Positions 1 to 7,503 of a DNA stretch of 15,343 bases are shown here, piece after piece. Source of the stretch: Elainellaceae cyanobacterium (GTDB lineage: Bacteria > Cyanobacteriota > Cyanobacteriia > CAZCXK01); assembly GCA_051117555.1 (NCBI GenBank), contig JBNPEG010000144.1, positions 23,125 to 38,467 on the forward strand, in the 5' to 3' direction. Numbering within the stretch: position 1 is the first letter of the stretch; every line of letters begins with the position of its first letter. Made by a program: the position numbers and the translations under genes. The notes under the pieces are model-generated. The model saw only the letters and a program-made list of their open reading frames with translations. It did no database searches and was not told the DNA's origin.

Positions 1-99
1 AAACCCAACAGCAGAAACCCTTTCGTTGGGTTACGCTATCGCTAACCCAACCTACTATTCTAGCTGTGCTACGCCAGTAGGTTGGGTTGAGGTCACGTA
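1..99. repeat. REP-like (GTAG-type) dispersed repeat, truncated by the window edge; inverted copy of 6662-6760
   Basis: Bases 1-59 are the exact reverse complement of 6702-6760, and similarity continues imperfectly to about 99. Contains the hairpin GTTGGGTTA-N9-TAACCCAAC followed by CTAC. Confidence 0.9.
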
Positions 100-112
100 G
101 TTGCAGATATTT

Positions 113-142
113 GTAGGATGGGCAAAGCATCGCGTGCCCATC
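113..142 (+). repeat. GTAG-type REP-like hairpin
   Basis: GTAG followed by GATGGGCA-N10-TGCCCATC (8-bp perfect stem), 45 bp upstream of mrpC. Confidence 0.6.
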
Positions 143-187
143 AGGTTAAATCGGTTGCTACAGATTCACAAAACAGACTAATTCACT

Positions 188-529
188 ATGTCTCTTTTAG
201 AAGCCTGTATTTTTGCCACCGTCTTGTGTGGTTTTTTTGGCATCATCCTGAAAAAGAACCTGCTGATGAAAACCATCTCGATGGATGTAATGAGCACTGG
301 GGTGATTGCGTATTACGTGTTAGTCGCAGCACGAGGCGGGCTGTTTACACCCATTGTGTCAGACGCTGAAGAGGTTGCCTATGCAGATCCGGTGCCCCAA
401 GCAGTCATTTTGACGGCCATTGTGATTGGCTTTTCAATCCAGGCATTAATGCTGGTCGGAGTGATGAAACTATCCCGAGACAATCCGACCTTGGAAACCC
501 ACGAGATCGAGAAGAATAATACGCCATGA
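188..529 (+). CDS. mrpC: Mrp/Mnh Na+/H+ antiporter subunit C
   Basis: 113 aa, three hydrophobic segments, KKNLLMK and DPVPQAVILTAIVIG motifs typical of MrpC; ATGA overlap with the next gene. Confidence 0.93.
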   Translation: MSLLEACIFATVLCGFFGIILKKNLLMKTISMDVMSTGVIAYYVLVAARGGLFTPIVSDAEEVAYADPVPQAVILTAIVIGFSIQALMLVGVMKLSRDNPTLETHEIEKNNTP

Positions 530-1953
530 ATGCGATTACCATCGCTTGGATTGCCCTACCATTTTTCGTAGGATTCAGCATTTATTTACTGCCAAGGCTC
601 GATCGCACCCTGGCATTGGGTGTGGCGATCGCTTCGATGGCGTATGCACTCCAGCGATTATTTGACCCGACACCGCTGACCTTGCAGCTAGTGGATCATT
701 TTGGCGTCACGCTCGTCATTGATTCACTCAGTGGCTATTTTATTTTGACCAATGCGTTAGTGACAGCAGCGGTTATTATCTACTGTTGGCACACGGATAA
801 AACGGCTTTCTTTTTTACGCAGATGATCATTCTGCACGGCAGCGTCAATGCTGCATTTGTGTGTTCAGACTTTATCAGTCTGTATGTCGCCTTAGAGGTC
901 ATTAGTGTTGCCGCATTTCTGCTGATTGCCTACCCCCGCACCGATCGCTCGATTTGGGTGGGCTTACGCTACCTCTTTGTCAGCAACACAGCCATGTTGT
1001 TTTACCTGCTGGGTGCTGTGTTGGTCTATCAAGCCAACCATTCATTTGCGTTTGCGGGGTTGCTTGGAGCACCAAATGAAGCCGCTGCCCTGATCTTTTT
1101 GGGACTCTTGACCAAAGGGGGAATTTTTGTTTCAGGTCTGTGGCTACCGTTAACCCATTCCGAATCAGAGACACCCGTCTCCGCATTGCTATCGGGCGTG
1201 GTGATTAAAGCGGGCGTGTTTCCCCTAGTCCGGTGTGCACTTCTGCTGGAGGACATTGACCCCGTTGTCCGGATTTTTGGCGTAGGCACAGCGGTGCTCG
1301 GAGTTGGCTATGCGGTCTTTGAAAAAGACACCAAGCGTATGCTGGCGTTTCATACTGTTTCTCAATTGGGCTTTGTACTGGCCGCGCCTGAAGTGGGCGG
1401 TTTTTATGCGCTGACCCACGGTCTGGTCAAAGCCGCTCTGTTTCTGATTGCAGGAAATTTACCCAGCCGTAACCTCAAAGAACTTAAGCACATACCCATT
1501 GCAACTCCGATCTGGATTGCGCTCGTCATCGCCAGCTTTTCGATTTCGGGCTTTCCTTTACTATCTGGGTTTGGGGCAAAGGTCTTGACCATGAAAAATC
1601 TATTGCCCTGGCAAATAGTTGGCATGAATATCGCAGCTCTGGGAACAGCGATCTCGTTTGCTAAATTTATTTTTCTACCCCGTGGCGCTAATGGGGATAT
1701 TAAACCTGGATTCTATCCAGCGATGGGGATACTGCTCGGTGGATTGGTTCTGGCCAATGGCATCTATTACGAGGCGTATACCGTTACTAATATTGTCAAA
1801 CCGCTAGTCACGATTGGAGTGGGTTGGTTAGCGTATTGGTTGATTTTCAGACAGCTCGCAATCAAGCTACCCCGGATGTTAGAGGAATTTAAGCATTTAA
1901 TCGGGGTGATGAGTCTGATGTTGATGGCGCTCTTTTGGATGGTGTTGGCATGA
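526..1953 (+). CDS. mrpD: Mrp/Mnh antiporter subunit D (NuoL/M/N-like proton-conducting membrane subunit)
   Basis: 475 aa polytopic membrane protein with LYVALEV, WLPLTH, PVSALLSGVVIKAG, KRMLAFHTVSQLG and HGLVKAALFL motifs. Confidence 0.92.
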   Translation: MNAITIAWIALPFFVGFSIYLLPRLDRTLALGVAIASMAYALQRLFDPTPLTLQLVDHFGVTLVIDSLSGYFILTNALVTAAVIIYCWHTDKTAFFFTQMIILHGSVNAAFVCSDFISLYVALEVISVAAFLLIAYPRTDRSIWVGLRYLFVSNTAMLFYLLGAVLVYQANHSFAFAGLLGAPNEAAALIFLGLLTKGGIFVSGLWLPLTHSESETPVSALLSGVVIKAGVFPLVRCALLLEDIDPVVRIFGVGTAVLGVGYAVFEKDTKRMLAFHTVSQLGFVLAAPEVGGFYALTHGLVKAALFLIAGNLPSRNLKELKHIPIATPIWIALVIASFSISGFPLLSGFGAKVLTMKNLLPWQIVGMNIAALGTAISFAKFIFLPRGANGDIKPGFYPAMGILLGGLVLANGIYYEAYTVTNIVKPLVTIGVGWLAYWLIFRQLAIKLPRMLEEFKHLIGVMSLMLMALFWMVLA

Positions 1954-2333
1954 TTGGATATCTAGATCTACTTCTGCGATTGGGGATCTGGTTTTTACTC
2001 ACTGCGGATGTGAGCCCGGCCAATATTGCGATCGGGGTCTGTGTTGCCCTACTGCTGCCACGACGCTACATAGTCCCCTCTGCGTTGAAAGATTGGCTAC
2101 GGGTGCTGTGGGAAATCATAGTTGCTATCCCAACGGCCTATCTTGAAGCGTTCGAAATGATGGTTCGTCCCCATACGCGAGAAGACGTCGTGATGGAACG
2201 GGTCAAGCCCAATCGAACTCCCGGACTGATTTTTCTAGATATATTTCTGATTACGTTTACGCCAAAAACGATTGTTTTGAAATATCACGAAGACGGTTGG
2301 TATGAAGTGCATCGGGTGCGGAGGAAGGGGTGA
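1950..2333 (+). CDS. mrpE: Mrp/Mnh antiporter subunit E
   Basis: WFLLT N-terminal segment and ITFTPKT (ITLTPGT-like) motif. Start moved from 1935 to the ATG at 1950 because it forms an ATGA overlap with the mrpD stop. Confidence 0.88.
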   Translation: MIGYLDLLLRLGIWFLLTADVSPANIAIGVCVALLLPRRYIVPSALKDWLRVLWEIIVAIPTAYLEAFEMMVRPHTREDVVMERVKPNRTPGLIFLDIFLITFTPKTIVLKYHEDGWYEVHRVRRKG

Positions 2334-2336
2334 AGA

Positions 2337-2588
2337 ATGAACTGGATACTGATTGCAATGATTGTGGCGTTGCTAATTCCTATCTACGAAGCCTGTCAGG
2401 ATGCGAATATCTGGCAAAAGATGCTGGCGTTTGCCAGTATTGCCACTAAAACGTCCATGATGATTTTGGTGGTATCGGTCTTGCGCGATGACTGGATGAT
2501 TGGCGTCGTCGGAGTCCTAATTTTGAGTGTAGGAAATGCTGCCTTAATGCTGCTGGCTCACGTTCTGAAGCGGATGAACGAACTATGA
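2337..2588 (+). CDS. mrpF: Mrp/Mnh antiporter subunit F (divergent)
   Basis: 83 aa with three hydrophobic helices, located between mrpE and mrpG; ATGA overlap with the next gene. Assignment rests on size and position. Confidence 0.75.
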   Translation: MNWILIAMIVALLIPIYEACQDANIWQKMLAFASIATKTSMMILVVSVLRDDWMIGVVGVLILSVGNAALMLLAHVLKRMNEL

Positions 2589-2863
2589 TTAATACCTTGA
2601 GCTATATCTTTATTGGAGTCGGGATTGTCTTCTGGTTTTGGGGAACATGGCCCCTAGTGGGCGATCGCTCGGTGTTATTCAAACTGCATAGTCTCTCAGT
2701 GGCAGACACTCTAGGCTCGATGAGTATCATCGTCGGGCTACTTCTCAGAATCCCGCGAGAATGGCCGCTGCTGATTCTCGCATTAGTATCCCTGGCGATT
2801 TGGAATACGGTGCTGGGGTATGTGTTGGCATACTGTTCTAGTCAAGGAGGCACCGATGCCTGA
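2585..2863 (+). CDS. mrpG: Mrp/Mnh antiporter subunit G
   Basis: 92 aa, KLHSLSVADTLG motif (RLHA..K..TLG-like), three hydrophobic helices. Confidence 0.87.
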   Translation: MINTLSYIFIGVGIVFWFWGTWPLVGDRSVLFKLHSLSVADTLGSMSIIVGLLLRIPREWPLLILALVSLAIWNTVLGYVLAYCSSQGGTDA

Positions 2864-3557
2864 CGATATCTACATCATTCTCATTACGGCGCTACTTCCG
2901 CTAACGGCATGCATGCTGGTTTTGCAGGTTGACCCCTATCATGCGCTGGTGATTCGCGGCATTTTGGGGGCCGTGGCCGCATTGGTGTATGCCCTGTTTG
3001 GGGCAGCGGATGTCGCACTGACCGAAGCCCTTGTCGGCACGATGTTGTCTATCACCCTCTATGCAGTGGCGGTGCGCTCGTCGCTAAGCATGCGGTTGGG
3101 CGTACTCGAACAGGAGTCGATGACCCTACCCAAAGCAGGTGTCACGAATGGTGTCACGAATACGGACGCAGCACCCGTTGCGATCGCCGACTCTCCACCT
3201 GAGCGATCGCCTTCGTCTGAACATCTGCTCCTAGCGCTACAAACCCTGTTGAGCAATTACCACATGCGCCTCGAACTGGTGCCGTATCCCAATCTCCAAG
3301 CCTTGCAAACCGCTCTGATCTCAAAAGAGGTGCATACCACCTGTGTAGTGTCAACATCCGGAACTACCGGAGAGCGGTCCCAATCCCATTTCTCCGATGA
3401 GCACTCGCGTTACCATCTCCAGACCCGCGTCCACCGTCTTTACGAGATTATGCAGTCTGGGCTTCCGTCGACTGTGGCACACCTGTCTTACGTCGAATCC
3501 GTGAGCCCAACAGCCCACTCGTCTATCAGCATCGATCCGCATGAGGTTAAATCATGA
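2856..3557 (+). CDS. DUF4040-domain Mrp accessory subunit (homologous to the MrpA C-terminal part) with a soluble C-terminal extension
   Basis: GAADVALTEALVG motif within three N-terminal hydrophobic helices. ATG at 2856 is preceded by AGGAGG (2845-2850), so it is preferred over the ORF-track start at 2820. Confidence 0.85.
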   Translation: MPDDIYIILITALLPLTACMLVLQVDPYHALVIRGILGAVAALVYALFGAADVALTEALVGTMLSITLYAVAVRSSLSMRLGVLEQESMTLPKAGVTNGVTNTDAAPVAIADSPPERSPSSEHLLLALQTLLSNYHMRLELVPYPNLQALQTALISKEVHTTCVVSTSGTTGERSQSHFSDEHSRYHLQTRVHRLYEIMQSGLPSTVAHLSYVESVSPTAHSSISIDPHEVKS

Positions 3558-4216
3558 CCTGGCTCTATATTGCAGCAGGCGTCGCTTTATACATCAAGAT
3601 GCTCGTGTTTCCGAATCTGGCAGTCGATTTAGCCGATCTTTCGATTGTCGAGTCAGTCGTCCAGGATAGCGGCGTGACCAATGCCGTATCGGGAATCATT
3701 TTTAGGAATCGACTGTACGACACCATCTTCGAGGTTGTCGTTTTCACGCTCGCCATTATGGGCGTGCGGTTTCTGCTCGCAAATGAGCAACCTTCGTGCA
3801 CCATCTACCAATTTACCGACCACCCTTCAATCGTGCTGGCACGATTAGGCGCTACGATCGCCGCGCTGGTTAGCATCGAGCTAGCGATTCGGGGGCATCT
3901 CAGTCCTGGCGGTGGGTTTGCAGCGGGCGTTGCTGGAGGAACCGCAATTGGTCTGGTCGCCATCACCTCATCATCTAAATGGATGGACTCTATCTATCAG
4001 CGCTGGCATGCCGCAACCTGGGAGAAGGTGTCGGTGCTAGTTTTTGTGTTGCTGGCAGTTTTGACCCTGGTAGGGATAGAACTACCGCGTGGAGAATTGG
4101 GCGCACTGGTTAGCGGAGGCTGGATTCCGCTGCTCAATATTCTAGTGGCGGTCAAAGTCGCGTTGGGGTCGTGGGCGGCTATTTTAGTCTTTATTCGGTA
4201 TCGAGGCTTGCTGTGA
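3554..4216 (+). CDS. mrpB: Mrp/Mnh antiporter subunit B
   Basis: NAVSGIIFRNRLYDTIFEVVV and RGHLSPGGGFAAG signature motifs of MnhB; ATGA overlap with the previous gene. Confidence 0.93.
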   Translation: MTWLYIAAGVALYIKMLVFPNLAVDLADLSIVESVVQDSGVTNAVSGIIFRNRLYDTIFEVVVFTLAIMGVRFLLANEQPSCTIYQFTDHPSIVLARLGATIAALVSIELAIRGHLSPGGGFAAGVAGGTAIGLVAITSSSKWMDSIYQRWHAATWEKVSVLVFVLLAVLTLVGIELPRGELGALVSGGWIPLLNILVAVKVALGSWAAILVFIRYRGLL

Positions 4217-4332
4217 TACCGGAGCATGGCGTCATGATTCCCCGATAGGAAATGCCCCTTTATTCGACACCATCGACTCTGTAGCATGTTTGTAATTCTC
4301 ACGTCCGTATTTCTCATAGCCATAGCCGACCG

Positions 4333-6024
4333 ATGGAATTACTCTTTTATTCGCTGATTGCCCTAATCCCAATCGCAACCGTTTTCATTCTGCTTGTGAT
4401 TGCGAGGCGACCGGCTGGTCAAGCCATGCCCATTGCTTATCTAGTGACAGTTATTATTGCTCTGGCTATTTGGCGAGTTCCCTGGACGCAAGTCGCAGCG
4501 TCCAGCGTTCAAGGATTGGTGGCAGCGATCGAAATTCTTTACATCGTGTTTGGGGCTATTTTGCTCCTCAATACCCTGCAAGAGTCGGGGGCGATCGCCT
4601 CTATTCGCCAGAGTTTACTGGGCATCTCGCGCGATCGCCGCGTGCAGGTCATGATCATTGCTTGGTTATTTGGCAGTTTCATTGAAGGCGCATCAGGATT
4701 TGGCACACCCGCTGTGATTACAGTGCCGCTGCTAGTTGCAATTGGGTTTCCGGCGATGGCAGCCGTGATTGCAGCGCTGATTATTCAAAGTACGTCCTCT
4801 ACCTTTGGCGCAGTTGGGACACCCATCATTATCGGGGTGGATGCGGGGCTGGGGGGTGTGCCTGCGGTCGAACAACAGCTTGCTGATTTGGGGCTTACCC
4901 AAGCTGAGTATCTTTCTACCATTGGGCAATGGGCTGGAGTCTTTCACGGGATAATCGGTACCTTTCTGCCGCTGGTATTAATCATGGTGATCACGGCGGG
5001 GTTTGGTGCCCGCAAATCGATCGCCGATGGGCTAGGCGCGTGGAAGTTTGCCCTCTTTGCTGGACTGGCGTTTACTATTCCCTACACGCTAACGGCGCTG
5101 TTGATAGGCCCCGAATTTCCCACCCTAATCGGTGGGCTAGTCGGGTTAGGGATTGTGGTTCCAGCCGCACGCCGTCGGTTTTTGGTGCCGCAACAGATCT
5201 GGGACTTTCCGCCTGCCGACGAGTGGCCAGACAGTTGGGCGGGGCGGCAAATTCAACCCGATCAGCAGCAAACCAACCTCATGTCGGCTCGCAAAGCATG
5301 GCTGCCATACGTGCTATTAGGATCTATTTTGATGCTGACGCGCTTGGAGTTTTTGCCGATTCGCGGTTGGTTGCGATCGCTGACTCTAACCTGGAGCAAT
5401 ATTTTTGGGACTGAGGTGACGGCGACCATGCAGCCGCTATACCTACCCCCCACTGTGTTCATCCTTGTGATTGCGATTACCTTTTTTATTCACCGCATGA
5501 AACCTTCTGAGCTGCGACGGGCTGTCTCCCAGGCTGTGCCCATGTTGCAGAAAACGGCGTTAGCACTCGGTGCTGCCGTGCTGATGGCGCGGGTCTTTAT
5601 CAACTCAGGCGTCAACCTGTCGGGGTTCGACAGTATGCCGCTGACCCTTGCAAATGGCATGGCCGCCCTAGCCGGACAAACATGGCCTTTCTTTGCTCCA
5701 TTTGCTGGCATGATTGGTTCATTTGTGGCGGGTAGCGTCACAGTCAGCAACCTGATGTTTTCGCTGTTTCAGTTTGGGGTTGCAATACAGATTGGCGTGC
5801 CGACTGTCATTGTGTTGGCGTTGCAGTGCGTCGGTGCGTCTGCGGGCAATATCATTTGTGTGTCTAATATTGTGGCGGCGGAGGCAACGGTTGGGTTGGT
5901 CGGTCGCGAAGGGCTGTTAATTCGCAGGGGGCTGATTCCAACGCTGTATTATCTGATTTTTGCAGGCGTGCTAGGACTGTTGGCGTTGGTGCTGCCGATT
6001 GCTTTGATGGTCTCGCCCCCGTAG
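4333..6024 (+). CDS. lctP: L-lactate/glycolate permease (LctP family)
   Basis: 563 aa polytopic membrane protein with SRDRRVQVMIIAWLFGSFIEGASGFGTP, FGAVGTP and GSVTVSNLMF motifs characteristic of LctP/LldP/GlcA. Confidence 0.9.
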   Translation: MELLFYSLIALIPIATVFILLVIARRPAGQAMPIAYLVTVIIALAIWRVPWTQVAASSVQGLVAAIEILYIVFGAILLLNTLQESGAIASIRQSLLGISRDRRVQVMIIAWLFGSFIEGASGFGTPAVITVPLLVAIGFPAMAAVIAALIIQSTSSTFGAVGTPIIIGVDAGLGGVPAVEQQLADLGLTQAEYLSTIGQWAGVFHGIIGTFLPLVLIMVITAGFGARKSIADGLGAWKFALFAGLAFTIPYTLTALLIGPEFPTLIGGLVGLGIVVPAARRRFLVPQQIWDFPPADEWPDSWAGRQIQPDQQQTNLMSARKAWLPYVLLGSILMLTRLEFLPIRGWLRSLTLTWSNIFGTEVTATMQPLYLPPTVFILVIAITFFIHRMKPSELRRAVSQAVPMLQKTALALGAAVLMARVFINSGVNLSGFDSMPLTLANGMAALAGQTWPFFAPFAGMIGSFVAGSVTVSNLMFSLFQFGVAIQIGVPTVIVLALQCVGASAGNIICVSNIVAAEATVGLVGREGLLIRRGLIPTLYYLIFAGVLGLLALVLPIALMVSPP

Positions 6025-6167
6025 CATATGGGCACAAACGGGGTGTTGCTGATTAGACAGTTAAGGAACACGCGATCGAGGACGGTCGCACTTACACGAA
6101 ACCTTAAACGCTCTCCTAAAGCGTCAGCGTAACGCACCACCCTGAGGTTATTTTTTAACAAGCCTTA

Positions 6168-6266
6168 TACCAATTCTCTAAATTGAGGTTACAGATTTCG
6201 TAGGGGTGGTTCTCGAACCGCCCCTACCACGGCATTTATGTGTAGTCCGAATTTGAAGAATTGGTA
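6168..6266. mobile_element. MITE-like element, 99 bp
   Basis: Terminal inverted repeats TACCAATTCTCTAAATT / AATTTGAAGAATTGGTA (15 of 17 match), flanked by TTA on both sides (6165-6167 and 6267-6269); internal palindrome at 6200-6227. Confidence 0.7.
6200..6227. repeat. GTAG...CTAC REP-like palindrome
   Basis: GTAGGGGTGGTTC-TC-GAACCGCCCCTAC: 13-nt arms with a single G-T pair. Confidence 0.85.
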
Positions 6267-6277
6267 TTAAAGCGCTC

Positions 6278-6581
6278 AGTTCAAAGCGTCGTGTTTCGAG
6301 TTCAAAGCGTCGTGTTTCGAGTTCAAAGCGTCGTGTTTCGAGTCCAAAGCGTCGTGTTTCGAGTTCAAAGTGTCGTGTTTCGAGTCCAAAGCGTCGTGTT
6401 TCGAGTTCAAAGTGTTGTGTTTCGAGTTCAAAGTGTCGTGTTTCGAGTCCAAAGCGTCGTGTTTCGAGTCCAAAGCGTCGTGTTTCGAGTTCAAAGCGTC
6501 GTGTTTCGAGTTCAGAGCTTCATGTTTCGAGTCCAGAGCGTCGTGTTTCGAGTTCAGAGCTTCAAGTTTCGAGTCCAAAGC
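6278..6581. repeat. 21-bp tandem repeat array, 14 full copies plus a 10-bp partial copy
   Basis: Consensus AGTTCAAAGCGTCGTGTTTCG; units start at 6278, 6299, 6320 ... 6551 and 6572 (partial); no spacers. Confidence 0.98.
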
Positions 6582-6661
6582 AAGGCTGAGACTCTTGAAC
6601 CCGGTGCGTTAGGTTATTGCCTTCGGCAAGGCTTTGCCTTTCTTGAATGCCCCTTGGGCTA

Positions 6662-6805
6662 TACGTTCCTCAACCACAACCTACTGGTTTGACACGCCTA
6701 AAATAGTAGGTTGGGTTAGCGATAGCGTAACCCAACGAAAGGGTTTCTGCTGTTGGGTTTTCTCCTTTGGAGACGCTACGCGAACGTAACCTCAACCCAA
6801 CCTAC
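6662..6805. repeat. Cluster of GTAG-type REP-like repeats, including an inverted REP doublet at 6706-6805
   Basis: GTAGGTTGGGTT (6706-6717) and AACCCAACCTAC (6794-6805) form perfect 12-bp inverted ends; internal hairpin at 6710-6736; a further degenerate copy CCTCAACCACAACCTAC at 6668-6684. Confidence 0.88.
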
Positions 6806-6860
6806 TTTAATCTACATTTGATTCCGCCCACCTACTTATCAGTGGGTGATATGTATAGCA

Positions 6861-7463
6861 TTACCAGATGTTTTCCATATGAAGGACAAATCCAGGAAGG
6901 TCTGAATCACCGCTGATCGTTTTAGGATTCTCCAACACTGTAGGACTCTGGTTGGGACGATAGACATAGACGATGCGGTTCTGACGATCGATTAGCCACC
7001 CCAGCAATGCTCCGTTGTCAATGTACTCCTGCATTTTGGCCTGCAAGCCATCTAGACTGTCGCTAGAAGACCGCAACTCAATCACAAAATCTGGACAAAT
7101 AGGCGCAAAGGATGCCTTTTGCTGATTGCTTAACGCATTCCAACGCTCTAACTTAATCCAGGACGCATCCGGGGAGCGGATGGCTCCGTTGGGCAACGTA
7201 AAGCCTGCGTTAGAGTCAAATCCCAGGCCAGTGCCGTTTTGCTCAATCCACATTCCAAGCTGCACCGCTAGATTAAAGTTGCGGTTGCCTGTGTCTGAGA
7301 AGGCAGGCGGCATGATGATCACCTCTCCCTGGGCAGTGCGCTCAATGCGGAGATCGTGGTTAGCTTGGCAGAATTCATAAAACTGCTCGCGGGTCATGGG
7401 GGCGATCGCCGGGAGGTTGACCGTGAGTGGGATCGGTTCAGTTTGGATACGTAGCGTAGTCAT
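6861..7463 (-). CDS. Uma2 / DUF820 family PD-(D/E)XK nuclease-fold protein
   Basis: LRIERTAQGEVIIMPP, GFTLPNGAIRSPDASWI, CPDFVIELRS and KMQEYIDNGALLGWLID motifs typical of cyanobacterial Uma2 proteins. Confidence 0.93.
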   Translation of the reverse strand: MTTLRIQTEPIPLTVNLPAIAPMTREQFYEFCQANHDLRIERTAQGEVIIMPPAFSDTGNRNFNLAVQLGMWIEQNGTGLGFDSNAGFTLPNGAIRSPDASWIKLERWNALSNQQKASFAPICPDFVIELRSSSDSLDGLQAKMQEYIDNGALLGWLIDRQNRIVYVYRPNQSPTVLENPKTISGDSDLPGFVLHMENIW

Positions 7464-7503
7464 GGTGGTGTGTCAACGAATCATTGGTATTCTGCCTGGC
7501 TTG

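Noticed and set aside
118..369. 83-aa ORF overlapping the start of mrpC
   Set aside because: It begins inside a REP-like hairpin and overlaps mrpC out of frame, with no recognisable features.
6278..6581. CRISPR array
   Set aside because: Units are directly abutting with no unique spacers, and there are no cas genes in the window.
6370..6612. 80-aa Cys-rich ORF (SCFEFKA)n
   Set aside because: It is another stop-free frame of the tandem array, starting at an internal GTG created by a repeat variant; no independent support.
6826..6839. CCCCACCTACTTAT as a possible IS/MITE end
   Set aside because: No matching inverted partner end found in the window.
6861..7463. Uma2 gene as the effector of a system with the adjacent repeats
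   Set aside because: Uma2/DUF820 genes are highly multi-copy in cyanobacteria and nothing beyond proximity links this one to the array.
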